In this document: in pieces, positions 51,396 through 64,000 of the stretch
Layout: each line of letters begins with the position of its first letter
Numbering within the stretch: position 1 is the first letter of the stretch
Assembly (NCBI GenBank): GCA_028534125.1
Contig: CM052817.1
Location: 55,120,001 to 55,184,000, forward strand
Length of the DNA: 64,000 bases
Direction: 5' to 3'
Origin: Lama glama
Lineage: Eukaryota
Translations under genes and position numbers: made by a program
Notes under the pieces: generated by a model
What the model saw: only the letters and a program-made list of their open reading frames with translations
The model's database searches: none
What the model was told of the DNA's origin: nothing

Positions 51396-53179
51396 TTGTT
51401 ATTGTTGTTGTTATTGTAATGTTTTTGCTTGTCAGCCAATTTGAACTATAATGTGTTAAAAAAATGAACAATATAACTTATGTGTCACTGTAACCTTGGT
51501 ACGTAACAGTGCTAGGCACATAGTAAATCCTCTGTACATAACTGTTAAATAACTAAAGAAGTGAATGCATATACTAAAAACTAGACTTCATGTATACTAT
51601 TAAAGTTTATTTTAATCAAACATATTTATCGGAATTAATTATTCAATTTAATGTGGTAAAATTGAGGTAAAATTGATACTTAAACTTGAAGGCAGTTTTA
51701 TGGAAATTATCCTATTCTCATTTTAATCTACATGATTAATCTATACTCTATCAGAGACAAACCTACTATGGAGGCTTTATTAAACAGAATCTGTACAGCT
51801 CTGTGAAGATTAGCTCTGTGTAAAAACTATACAGTATTTTGGACTTCATCTCTCCAAACTTAAAATTAAATTTCTGCAAAAAACATATTATGATAAAAAT
51901 TGAAAGTTAAAAAATCCATAATTTCTAAGGAGAACTTGTTTAATTTTTATGTTAGCCTTTTATGGAAGATAGTTTAGCATTTATTGTTATAAAAACGTAA
52001 GAGTTGAAAGCTGTTTTATTTGGAGTAGGTTTTGGATTTAGTCCAATCTATCTACAATTTCTATAAAAGCAGTGAAAATTGCTACCATTGCAATTGCTTG
52101 ATTGTAGTCCCATTATAATGGGATTAACATAAAACGTCTTGAGAAACATTTCAAAGTAATAAGTTTTACAGAGTAATACGATTTGTAGCTGTCGGTCACT
52201 GAAGAAATACTATGCCAAGCAGCAACATTCCTTTAGAATAGGGTTTTCTCATTTAGAGCTTAAGGAGTTGTTAACTATGCTAGTCATCTCATTTTTAACT
52301 ATTTCAGAGAAAGAAAAATGAGTAAAGAAACATCTAACGTTAGAATAACTGCAACACTGTGTACTCTAAAATTTAATACAGAACACATTTTCATTACAGA
52401 CATATTTCAGATGGATGATAAAAAAGTTTTTTATATCATGTAATAAATTAACTATTTTGTGAACTTTATTGAGATAAAGACCATTTAATGGCTAAATGCA
52501 AATCTTACAAATACACATATATATATATGACCTGAAACTAAGTTGAAAATAATTTGGAATACAGTGCAATGAGATATAGAGAGGATATGTTATTTTAGAA
52601 ATAAGTTTTTTATTTTCAAGTAAAAAGGTTTAAATTTTGAATACACTAGATGTAAAATTGTATGATTTAAAATATAAAGCCACTCATGTGGAGGGAAAGA
52701 GGCAAATAAAAGTGGTAAGAAGGCTAGAAGAAAAACAATCAAGACTACTAGAAAGAGAAGGTTAGTCATAGGCTTTGGAAGGAAAATAGCATGAATTAGA
52801 CCAAGAAGAGTCAGTTTGAATTGTTTGTCCTTGTCTACTACTTTATGTACAAGAGGAAAAAAAGATGGAGGGATAAATAATGTCTTAGAGTACATATTAA
52901 CATAGCTCGGCTAATGGCCTTGCTGTAATTAGAATACTGTTTCAAGTAAATAGGTTAGAAACAAGAAGAGACTAATGAATGATTTGGTGTTAGTGGGGAA
53001 ATGAGACAAATCAAGGCCTTTTCAGAACAGACATAACCAGTGTCAAAGTATTGTCTCTTCTATTAAGTGGGAATTAAGTGGGAAAGAAACCTGAAGTTGG
53101 CTGTTGCTAAATTTCTTAGAAACTACAGAGAATTCTTTTAAAACTACAGCTAAGCTTATACAATTGTATGAGAAAAAGT

Positions 53180-53990
53180 TTTCTTACTTGGAAAAACATT
53201 CATGTATAGGACGATTTGATGAAGTCTGAGAGCATGAGTGGTTTAATTTAAAATGATTTTAATAATTAAAAAATTAAAAGGAGTTCTTGCTTTGAAATAG
53301 AATTGAAAAAAGTATGTAACTTTTGAAAAAAGAGCAAGTTAGAATATTACTTGCAGCATATAATAATTTTGCACAAAAAATACTGGAAAGAAATATAGGT
53401 GAAGATTTATCCATATGGGAGAAGAATTTTCAAAGCACAAAAACACTGGAAGATATTGCAAGGAAAATTTGGTAAATATATACTAAAAATGCTAGTGATA
53501 CATATTGATCAATGATTAAGTGACTTGATACTTGATTTTTGTTGAATATTAAAAACTTTCCTAAGTATAATTTATTTTTCATGACAAATTGAGACATCAT
53601 TTAAATTGATAAGCCTTCTCTCATTAAACAATCTGGAAAAGCAGCATCATCTGTGTACTCTTATTGCCAAAAATGTTTAACCTAATCCAATCAATCCCAT
53701 ATCCAATGTCTAATTTGAAGAAAATATTGAGGATAAACAAGCAAGTTAAAGGCCAAAATATACATGAGTTAATATTACTGTCATGACAAAAAGAGAAAAA
53801 GAATGTTTAAAATTGAGATATACTGAAGACATTATAAACAAAATAACCATAGTTCTTGAATACATCCTGACTTAACAAACAAGTGGTAAAAGACATTTTA
53901 GGGAAAACTGACTAAATTTGAATACATTCTGGGCATATTAGAGCCTATTTCTTTATCAGTAATAATTTTATGAGAGTTCCTGGAAAGTAA
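53180..53990 (+). mobile_element. Old L1M (L1MC/L1ME-like) ORF2 and 3' fragments
   Basis: 'aatactggaaagaaatataggtgaagattt', 'gcagcatcatctgtgtactcttattgccaaaaatgtttaacct', 'taaaagacattttagggaaaactgactaaatttgaata'. Confidence 0.55.
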
Positions 53991-54078
53991 TTGCCAGAAC
54001 AAAATGGGAGAGAAAATAAAAAACTAGAAAAGGGAGAAACTTCTAGATTTGTATTAGATTTTTTCAGTCAAATATAGT

Positions 54079-54538
54079 AATGACAGGGACTGTCAGCACC
54101 CAAATGTAACCTTGGCCTTACAGTTTCAGTGTGCTCTAGACAATTTCTAACTGTGAATATTTCTATCTTTGTGGATGATAGTTTTTTAAAGGGGGGGGCG
54201 GTCTCTCTTCCTGTACATAAAGCAGACCAGAGTGCTATGGAATTAACAACTTCTGCAAGTGGCCTTCAAAATATGAGTGATGAAAATTAATGTTAAAAAA
54301 AGAAAACTAATGTTAGTAGTGCAGTTCTCTTGATCCTCAAGAGGAATAATGCTGTGAGTGTTACACCATATTCCAAGTGTTTTCTGTAGGAATGAGTTTC
54401 AGTTGCCCACAGAGGTTAACTGGCTTACTAGTATATTATTGTCTGTCTTCTTCTTGGTATATTAATCTCCACTTCCCTGCAGGATATTGCACTTGTGTAT
54501 TGTCTCTGGGTCTGAATCTATAGAAAACCACAAAAGAT
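54079..54538 (+). mobile_element. LTR16-like 5' LTR of an ERV-L-type provirus
   Basis: 'aagcagaccagagtgctatggaattaac..', 'aatgagtttcagttgcccacagaggttaactggctta' and end 'tgtctctgggtctgaatctatagaaaaccacaaaaga', directly followed by a PBS-like TGG motif. Confidence 0.7.
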
Positions 54539-56430
54539 TTGGTACCAGAACTGCTCCTAAAAGTAAATCTTCAGGGTAGGATTTTGAGTTATATTCTAGG
54601 CTAGCCAGACAGCAAGGACTGTCATGCTGTTGGTAAGTGGGGTGGTGATTACTGTATCAGGCCTGGCATGTTGTAGCAGCACAATCACCAGGACCCTCAT
54701 CTGTGGAGATGTGAGATGTGATACACATCAGAGAAGTACTGGCTTACCTCATGTCTCTAGAATTTAAGAGATGTGGTAGCAAAAGTAATGATAAGGACAT
54801 TGTACATTGTTCAGCACAAGGAAGAGAATGTCAGGCTTATGTCAGGCAGCCTTCAACTCAGGAGTATGGTGAGAAAGCCAGAGGCCTCAGTGACAGCATT
54901 TTAGAAGAACTCTATTTCCAAAACTGGAGCTCATTTTGGGCAGAAAACAAAACCCAAGATATGATGGTGATAATCTCAAGAAAAGGCTTAATTCACAGTT
55001 GGCAGCATGTCTCTGAGACTAAAATCAAAGCGCTGCAGAGAAAAAGTGAGGTCCTGGGACCTGGAGTGGGAACACTTAGGTGTATGTGCTTGAAGAATTT
55101 AAATGCTCAAATCTCCTCAGTCTACTAGCCTGTTGGAAGTGGCTCCCTCCTCTTTGCTAGAAGAGATAGCGCCCTCTGGCCTGCAAACTATGCAGAGCCT
55201 TTCTTGAGGAGGGAGACTTCCTCAAGATGACCCATACTTCCTCTTATGGCTTCTAGGTCAATAAAGCAGTAAGGAGTAAACAAAAGCCTAATGTTGAAGC
55301 ACTCTTCTTACTTTGGGAGAAAAGATATTATTCATGAAAGGAACTGAAGGACCTAAGTCATTAAGTATGGGAGGAATTAAAAAATACATATATCCTGAAA
55401 TGGATCTTGAGGTTGCTAACCTGGGAATGGTATGGTAGAATATCAGGCTAGATAAGGAGGATTTCACTGACAGTGTTACTCATATGTGTGTCATGATTTG
55501 TGTCCTGACAAGGACACCTGGAGCCAATCTTAATATATTCCTGGAGGTCTATGTGAAGTTTAGAAAAAAAGATGGCCTACAGCAAATGAGGCTTTGAAGA
55601 ATTGCCTTGGCAGAATGAAGAAGCAGTCCTCGGACTCAGAAAAGTGGGCACACTGGAGTGGATTTGTTCATTCATCAGAGCAGAGAACCTGCCAGCTGAC
55701 TGTGTTCCCTGAGGGGTTCCAAAGAAATCTTCCTTCACTAAACCAAAAGGAAAATATTAGTGATATGGTCACTGTCATTATTGAGAAGGTTAATGGTGGC
55801 TGACCTCTGTATGCAAAGAGAGGTATCTCTTCAACTCCAGATGCAAGATAGATGTAATTGCCACAATCTGCAGCAAAACCACAATAGCAGCTGGGGCTGC
55901 TGACCTCCATAGGTCTGTGGTCATGGCTATCATTTTCATACCCAAGTCAGTTCTCAGACTTAACCCATTGCTGGAAGAAGAGCTTAGGACCCCTAAAGAA
56001 GGACTGTGCCATGCTAAAGTTTGTATGTACAGCTCTCTCATAGGAGACCCAAAATGCCATCATACCTTCCCCACACAGCTTGAGTGGGAACATGTGTGGT
56101 CCAGGAAATAAAGTCCTGGCTGAGGTCTATCTCAGAGTGGTTCAGAGAGGTCCAAGGACCCATCCTGTGCTGTTACTTGATCCTTGTGGGCACGATGGGA
56201 TTAAAAACACATAACAGCTTTCAGAACCTTGACATTGCTTCTCTAAGCTGTCCAGGAAGATCTGTAATGGTAGAAAAGTAGACAAGTGGAAACTAGACCT
56301 TGGCCAAGACAGAAAAGCAGAAGCAATAGCACATCTCAAGCAGACCAGCAGACACCAGTGCCACAGTTGAAGATTTAAAGCATGTAGCATTATGGTCCCC
56401 ATCACTACATGACTGTATTATTATTGTATT
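54539..56430 (+). mobile_element. ERV3-16A3/HERV16-like internal region: PBS, degenerate gag, then fragmented downstream sequence
   Basis: PBS-like tggtaccagaa at 54540-54550; gag-like WAENKTQDMMVIISRK..HSWQHVSETKIKALQRK (ORF 54718-55128) and KWILRLL/NIRLDKEDFTD (~55398-55471). Confidence 0.75.
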
Positions 56431-57204
56431 TTCAGTCATATATACCTGAGGTCATTTAATTGTTAATAAGACCTCATATCTTTGTAGATGTGAAATAAAA
56501 ATTTAAACAGCTCTGTATGTCTTTTTTTTTTAAATAAGTTACCGAGTAACAATAAGATTCCTATTTGCAGGCATTATTTTTACCTGCTGTTGAAGTGCAA
56601 TACAATTCTGTGGATTTGAGTTAAGTGCCACTTTTGAAGATGGAAAATATTTTTCCATTTATTAAATTTAAATATGTAAAATTATTGAACATGCACTTGG
56701 ACGTGTCCTTGTAAGGGATTATACTAGAATAGTATGTAAAAATAATCAGTCTTTTCTTCTGAAGACCCAGAAATTTCTTATCTGTTGGTGACCTAAAAGC
56801 CAACTATTTTTACATGCAAGAACCAGTGCAAATGACTAACAGAGGGCCATTGTGTTGGGCTGTACTTTTACAGCTGCATTTTAACTTCTTACAGAGTTTT
56901 TAAAGAAAGTACTATAATATGCATTGCCCACGTAGAGGAAAAAATGCATACTTCTATTCTTAGATGAGTGTTTCATAAAAAGTCTTTATTTTTTCTTTCT
57001 TGGAACAGCTTGTGGTGGCTGCACTCCAAATCAATTATGGGTTTAATGGTTAACCAGGCTAAAATATGTCATATGCCATTTTCAAAAGTTTCTCTTTGTT
57101 TCTTAAGATTAGTTAATATTTTAAAAGTGATCTCTATTACAAATAACCACCTATATAATGTGAGCAATGGTTTGTTAGATAAAGTGCATTTTTACCTTTT
57201 AAGA

Positions 57205-57700
57205 GATATGGTCAGGTGTCTCATACTCCCCTTCCTGTTTTCAAACAGAGCCTTTGTCTTAGGTAACTATCTCTCCATCATAGTACCTTGCACATCAGAG
57301 GAAGCTGAGCCACCACCAGCTCCAGTGGAGGGCTCAGTATTTCTAAAGTAAGCTCATTCATCTTCTTAATATTCAGGTGTGACCAAATTCTGGTCAGTAG
57401 AACATGAGACAAATTCTGCTTGGAGCTGCTGGGAATAGTTTTCTTGTCTCTAGAGGAAACTGCAGGAAGAGATGATTTCCTACTTCACCTGACCATAGAA
57501 GGTGAAACCTGGAGGAGTTTTAGCTATTTTGGAACAATCTGAAAGATTTAGCAAAACAGAGGATGGCAGATGGGAGAGATGAAAAGACCAATCAGCTATG
57601 AAGCTTACCATATATTCAATGTGCATAAGGTAATGTGTTTCCTTATAATAAAGTTAGTTGGATTTTAGTTGTCTGCTATTTTTAGCTTAAAGAACCGCAT
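57205..57700 (+). mobile_element. MLT1J/K-like MaLR LTR
   Basis: 'ctccccttcctgttttcaaacagagcc..gtgtgaccaaattctggtcagtagaacatgaga..agaggatggcagatgggagagatgaaaaga'. Confidence 0.65.
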
Positions 57701-57894
57701 GTTCCACACACTATTCCTTGCGTTGTCCTTTTGTCTTTTCCTTATTTTATATCTTCCAAGTGCTAATGTTTCAATTCTAAAATCAACAATCCATAGTGGC
57801 ATAGATTACTTAAGGAATCAAATTTCACATCAGTAACCTTAGACTCCAATATTACCTGAAACTGTTTTTTTTTCTTTTTGAAAAACAATGAAAT

Positions 57895-58125
57895 ACAGTT
57901 TATTAGTAACTAACTATCGATCTTACAATGTGCCATAAAATGTGCCAGGTACTTCTCAGTGCTATTTTTATTTGACTCTTTCAAGCTTATAAGACTGGCA
58001 TTATCTCCTTAATGCAAATGAAGAAACCAAAATGCATAGGGTTAAGCAACTTGTTCAAAGTTAACCAGAGAGTTAAATGGAAGAACCAGGGTTTGAAACC
58101 AGTATCTCTCAGTCTAAAGCCCTTA
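57895..58125 (-). mobile_element. MIR SINE
   Basis: 'atgtgccaggtact..gcaaatgaagaaaccaaaatgcatagggttaagcaacttgttcaaagt..agaaccagggtttgaaaccag'. Confidence 0.75.
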
Positions 58126-58289
58126 TAAGGTCCTCAGCGTCATCAATTTAGCAAAACAGAAAACCCAAAATAGATTACTTGTCATCTGGAATTCCTGCTA
58201 ACCATTTTGGTGGTGAGAAAACAATTCCATTACCCATTTTGGGGGAAGCAAAGTGCACTCACCTTCTGTGGTACGTACGATCGCATGAT

Positions 58290-58725
58290 TACACTATCCA
58301 TATTTTACTACAGTAATGTTGTGAAACAAACCTCAACATTTCAGCAGCTTATATCAACACACGTTTTCTTCTATTTCACACAAACTTGTTAAATTTAGAA
58401 GAGTGATGTGGAGTGGCTGAGGCAAATATGTTCTCAGCTGCAAGCTGGACTCAGACGTACTCTACCTACCGCACTTTCTGGGGCTAGCAGGCACATGGGG
58501 CGTGCCCGCACTTCTCACGACAGATGGCAGATAGTAAGGCCTCCAAGGAACTCGCTGTGCCTTTTAAAGCCTCCAGTGAGAAAAGGCACACTGGTGCATT
58601 CAACTGGCCAAAGCAAATCAGAGGGAAACTTACATGAGTGGGTCAGGGGCCTGTCCTGCTTTTGTGCGGGTGGCAGAGGGGAAGGGAAGAGTGGGTATTT
58701 GCAAACAATAACATAATCTACCATA
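58290..58725 (-). mobile_element. MLT1I/J-like MaLR LTR
   Basis: 'cagtaatgttgtgaaacaaacctcaacatttcagcagctta..cattcaactggccaaagcaaatca..gtatttgcaaacaataacataatctaccata'. Confidence 0.7.
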
Positions 58726-61423
58726 AATACCACCATATTTTATGTATTAGCTGCTACGTCAAAAAACCGATGACTTTTTTGCATTTTAATTACACTAGTT
58801 TCTTGCATATGAAAAACATGTTTGTATTAAAAAAATGAAAAAAATCCTCAAAAGGTATAAAACAACACCCACATCCCCATTTTGCTGAAGAAAGCACTGA
58901 ATTTTGTTCATATTTACTGATTCTTATGAATTTAACTTACACATTATATACAACTATCTAATCTATTTAAAAAATTGACATCCTGTATATTAATTTCCAG
59001 CGATGAAAAGCAAGACATGTGGACACTCGCACAACTCCATCTCTCCTTTTCTTGACCTTTTAATTTGAACAAGAATAACCACGGCAAACCTGTTACATGT
59101 TAACACATAATTATCTGAGTTCAATAATTTGCAATTATGCTAAGTGTAGGCGTAACTCACATAGTTCTTCTGTATGAGTCCTCTGGTTAGAAAAGCCAGT
59201 GTGGCTGCACAGTTCCATCATCTGGGTGTCTCATTCTCCTCTTTTACTCCTCCATATCCAGAACCCTCTTCTCTCATCTCCTCTGACTGAGTACAGTTAA
59301 GAGAGTTTGATCTTTCTGAAAACTCTTCTATCGCTTTCCACTTGTCCTGGAATCCTCACTCACTGGCACCCTGGTGGCAGAAGAGGGCCACGGGTCCTCT
59401 TCTCAAGCAAGCGTAGGTGTGATAAGTGTTTGTCCCTCAGTAAAGCCTCACAGTGAACAATAGTAAAAGAACTCTGAAGCACAGTACCTAGAGGATCATT
59501 TTCTCAGGGAACATTCTTTACACAGCTCCTACCATGATCAAAAATGAATCTGTGTACCCAGAGGCAGAAGAAATCGACAATATGTATTAACATTCTCATG
59601 TTACCTGTAATTCGTGCTAAGATTTTTTTTTACTTACGTGTTTTAGTTTTATGGGTAAAGATGCTTTCTGCTATTGTCTCAGACCAAATTGATTAAATGA
59701 GAATGGTTGGAGGAAACAAACATATAAAGGGAATGATTTTAGCTTACTGACTTGCATGTGATTCTACCTGAAATCCTGAGGGAATAATTCCAGGGCAACA
59801 GGACCTACATGTACATGTATTTTTCCTTTCCTAGTTTTCTTTAAAGAACAATAGAAAAAGATAACATGTGTAGTCTTGTTTGCAAGGAGATGAAATGGTG
59901 AATTTTGTGATAAATTGCCCAATGCTTTGCTGAATAGTTCCATTTTCAACATCTGGCTCATTAGATACAAATATACTATATGATGAGATATAATTACTGG
60001 ATTATTCTGCATAAGGCAGTTAGATTCATTGTGCCTGGTATATATGTAAATAATTGTAATTTATCTTCAAATTTCACCCATAAGTTTGCACCATAGAAAG
60101 AGGTTTTTTGAAAACAAAATAGGACAAGTAAATACAAGGTTTTCAGATGGGTAAATATAAAACAATCTTTGTCAATATTCCTTGATAGAATTTTATGATA
60201 AAGAATTAAGAATTGCTTACATATACACTTTCATGCTTCTACCAAATTCATTGAGCAACTTCTCTTAATTAATCGTTGTAAATTATGAAAATTCCCTTAA
60301 TAAAAAAATTGATATATTAGACACTGTAGTTCATGTCAAAAATCTTGGCAGTAATGTAGGTATTTAAATCACCTTGTATTTTTGTTTTTACAAGATTGAA
60401 CAACACAAATACTTATTTTTAATCATTCCCCAATCTTATAATATTTTGCATATGATTATGATTGTATATGATTTATCAGTGATACTTTGCCTTTTTGTTT
60501 CTCTGAGTCTTCATTCCACCAGGATTTTTAAGTGGTCCAGGTTATAAGAAGGAAGACCTATTTGGGAGATGGAAGGAAAGAAATGTGAAGTGATATGTGG
60601 TTGTCTTTCTCAGAAGTGAGTCAATTTTCCACACCTTGTGAAGAGATATTCTCAACTATTGGACACATATCAGTGAGTTAAAACCATTACAGTGGAGAGA
60701 GTCATTTGGTGTGACTGTGGCACAATAGGGATGTATTTCAAAGGAATAAATATCTTCACAAATGGAGATTTTGATCAATAAAATACCTCCACACTGAAAA
60801 TAATTTAATGGAGATATGTTCTTTTTTTTCTTGGAATGAAAACCACTATCTAAACCCTGATATAAACCAATGTTTACACAGTGGCAGTATTAGAGTTTTT
60901 AGTTCTAGATGATAGGATTCAAACCCTCACTTTAAGATTTTCTGATAAAACCAAAGGTCATAGCCAATAGAACAAAGCCTCATTAATTGATGAATTAATG
61001 ATCTGAGTTCTCAGTGGTCTGTTCAAGTTCACGAATTTATCTCTACATTACTGCCAAGATTTTTGACAGGAACTACTGATTGCTGTAAAACCTTCCTTAT
61101 TAGGGGCCCATAAATTATAGATGAAGAGAAGAGATAATGTAAGTAATTTAATGGAATTCTAGCAAATACAGTTTCTGAGAGAGGTTGTCTAAATATATCT
61201 ATCCTATACAGTACTCCAATGTATATCTAATTATCACAAAATGATTATTTCCTGATTTTTACTCACAATATAGATTTTAATGTATCTATACTGTTTTTTT
61301 TATGTCAGCAGTACATTACCAATACATATTTAAGCATGGTTCTACCATCTCTTTGACTTTTTCCTGTGATGGTGCTTGTTTGACTAATATTTTCTCTTCC
61401 TTTGCATCCAGTGGCACACATGA

Positions 61424-61623
61424 TGGTACTATTAACATCATGGAAAGATAATTGTGGAAGGGAGCTTTCTGATGCACTATAGTGTCTTTAGCAGTATCTG
61501 TGCTCTCTACTATTAGATGCCAGTAGCCAGCTCCCCTCCCAGTTGTGACAAATGAAACCATCTCTCCGCACATTGCCAGGTCTTCTGGGGGAGGGGCAAG
61601 ACTGCCCTTGCTGAGAATTACTT
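61424..61623 (-). mobile_element. MER20 (hAT-Charlie)
   Basis: 'tattagatgccagtagc..cccagttgtgacaaatgaaaccatctctccgcacattgccagg..ggggcaagactgcccttgctgagaattac' is the reverse complement of the MER20 pattern at 12190-12405. Confidence 0.85.
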
Positions 61624-64000
61624 GTACGTACAGATTTTTAGATTTGCCCTGTTGCATATCATTTCCTTATTCTCTTTACATTCATGGAACAAGTAACTCA
61701 TTAGTCACCCAGTCTACGTACATAAAATGTTTGGCTGAAATTCTTGGCTCTGATGTGACAGGACCAAGTGAAAGGGAGGTTGACCTTTTTTTTTTATTTA
61801 CATGCCTTTTTCTTACCATTAAATTCATTTTTTTGCATAGTTAGAATAAAGACATTAAATATTAGAAAGCCTAATCATGTAAGCTTCCATTGGGATAAAA
61901 GTCGTCAGTAATTAGTCACATTCTTCACCTCTACAGCTGAGGAATTCAAGTAAACTAGGGAAAATTATTCTACCATGTTTAGAAAGTTTAGAACCTTAGG
62001 CCTTAGTATGTAGCTTACTTCAAGGATTTCACTCCATTGTTTTCAATGAATTTAAATCCTTACCGGTTTCAGGCTTCATAAGTGCAAGTCCATCTTTACA
62101 GGTGCTTCTTAGAATTAATTGCTATTTTATAGGTAATAACCATTTATATAATTAGATTAGGAAAGTTAGCAATTTTAAAAATGGCTGGAATTGAGTGGCA
62201 TTATAAAAATTGACACTGCCATCATGCTTCTTAAATTTTCTTAAACCTCTTTAAGGAGTTGGGAAAAAAGTTACTAAAACAGTAGTCTATTTTCAAAGAA
62301 TTCAGCTTTAAGATAAGTCCAGTAGAATCTTACTTTGTAATTTCCTGATAATTCACCACTGTATCACATATGCTGGAACTGCTTCTTTTCAAGGAAATCA
62401 ATGATATAGATTAGTACTGTGATTTTATTTCTTTGAGGAGTTAATTGATGGGCACAGTATACAGTAATAGCAGGCCTGTCCATTATTGCCTCTGTGCTGG
62501 CTCCTGTCTGATGGAGATCCCCTGTTGTCTTGTCCACCTGTTCTAAATTGACATCCAAATGCTCTTCCCTAGGGCTTCTTTTCAAAATATTTGCTTAGAA
62601 GAAAAGTGATGCCTACTCCCAGTTTTGACATTGTAGTAATATTCTTACTGAGATCTGGGGCCATTACAACATCCTTTCAGAGGTGATTGAACTTCCCATA
62701 CACTTACTTCCAAGAGTTTACAGTTAACACACACACCTGGAAGATACAATGTGGCAAGATATTAGTTGACCTGAAGATTAATAAATAATTTATATACATA
62801 TATACGTGATAAAGTGAATTAAAATTTACTGATATATGTATTTTTTAAAGAAAGTGTATGAAATTATACCAACTAAAATTTCAGAGTTCTTGTACTTTTT
62901 CAAAGAGTAGACTATTTCTACGTATTTACAGATACATAAGTACAATGGTGCATAAATAAATGAAGAGGGGACTATAATATTTAAATTTCAACAAATGAGA
63001 CACCATACTAGTTAAACAGCTTAAGCTGATTTTTGTGTATAATTTGTACTGAATTTTTGCATCCATTTTTATCAGGCTGAACATTTTCTTTTTAAAATTG
63101 AAGACAGCAATAACACTGAGATAAGTAAACTTTATGGATCTAGCAATATTTTATATAAAATATATAGATAGATTATTTATATATATTCGTGATATATACA
63201 ATTATTTATTTTTAACCAATCACATAAAATATTGTTTTAGCAATTCTATTAATTCTTTGCCAGTCACTTTTGGGATATCAAATTTACCTTGCCCTGTATT
63301 TTGTAGGCTATGACCTTTATTCACAGGGAAGATCAGTTTCACATAAAATTGAAATGTATAGCCCAATATAGAGAATGACTAAGGAAATAAGAATTTTGCC
63401 AAATATGTTAACGTGTCATCCTCACTAATGTACAAGGTGCCAGAAATCACAACCTTTAGTTATTTATCTAGTTTAAAGTACAGTCTACTGAAAACAACTT
63501 TGAACGTCAAAGATAAAATAAAACAGGGTTTAGTGCTATACATTAAGTTATTAGTGGTCATTCTTGAATAAGGAGGTGTAAGTGATCAGACTGTCAAGCT
63601 AACAGTCCACCTAAAGTATAAGAGAAGGCCATTTTGATGGTTTTAAATTGCTAGAAAATAGGAAAGGAGAGATGTTACAGTGGAATATCAAGGGTAAACA
63701 GAAAGCAGAATGAGGTCTTTGTTGGTAGTTTTAATGAAAAGAAAGTCAGTGTTGACTAAGCAAGATGACTTTTTATTTACTACCTGATAAAGGACACAGT
63801 TCAAGCTCCTTAATATGGAGTACAGGACCCTCTATAATACCATTCTTTCTGGCTTTCCATTAGTAGAAGAGCACCAGGGAATCTACATCTTAACCTAATT
63901 TGTTATACCCCTCTCCCAACTTCAATTAGAGGGGAGTTAATTCTTGCACTAGGAGTAGATATTTCCATGAGAAAATGTTCATTAATTATCTTCCTTCAAC

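Noticed and set aside
55167..55185. CTCF-like motif (minus strand ..CCAGAGGGCGCTA); similar partial match at 59361-59380
   Set aside because: Key core positions mismatch and there is no independent support.
56968..57351. 127-aa ORF
   Set aside because: GTG start, runs into an MLT1 LTR, no recognisable domain.
62364..62585. 73-aa minus-strand ORF in unique sequence
   Set aside because: Non-ATG start, no recognisable homology or convincing splice pair; length expected by chance.
1..64000. Searched by eye for CRISPR-like arrays, tRNA/rRNA/snRNA genes, numts, processed pseudogenes and non-retroviral endogenous viral elements
   Set aside because: None recognised. Very short exons or highly diverged elements could be missed without BLASTX, Infernal or HMM searches.

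Overview
AT-rich, CpG-poor placental-mammal DNA that reads as intergenic or deep-intronic and is dominated by transposable-element fossils. I recognise no host protein-coding exon, RNA gene or CRISPR-like array. Main contents: a decayed ~5.1 kb L1 (ORF1 3' half, ORF2, 3'UTR; 1-5123); four short 3' ends of a related young L1 family, three with clear target-site duplications (TSDs); several ancient L1M and L2 fragments; MIRs; MaLR (MLT1) and ERV-L (MLT2B-, LTR50-, LTR16-like) LTRs; two degenerate class III (ERV-L type) internal regions (gag-pro-pol on the minus strand at 44052-45783; LTR-PBS-gag on the plus strand at 54079-56430); and hAT/Tigger DNA-transposon relics (MER20, MER5, MER94-like, MER2/Tigger2-like). 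The young L1 3'UTR and the absence of recognisable Alu, Bov, PRE-1 or Can SINEs suggest a camelid (inference). Family names come from my recollection of Repbase/Dfam-type consensus sequences and need RepeatMasker confirmation; boundaries of old repeats are approximate. I found no supportable novel biological system. The most unusual structures are a ~115 bp inverted duplication about 860 bp apart (14743-14858 / 15719-15851), an LTR-less ERV-L gag-pro-pol segment joined directly to an L1 3' end (possible chimeric retrocopy), and an L1 with two large internal deletions.
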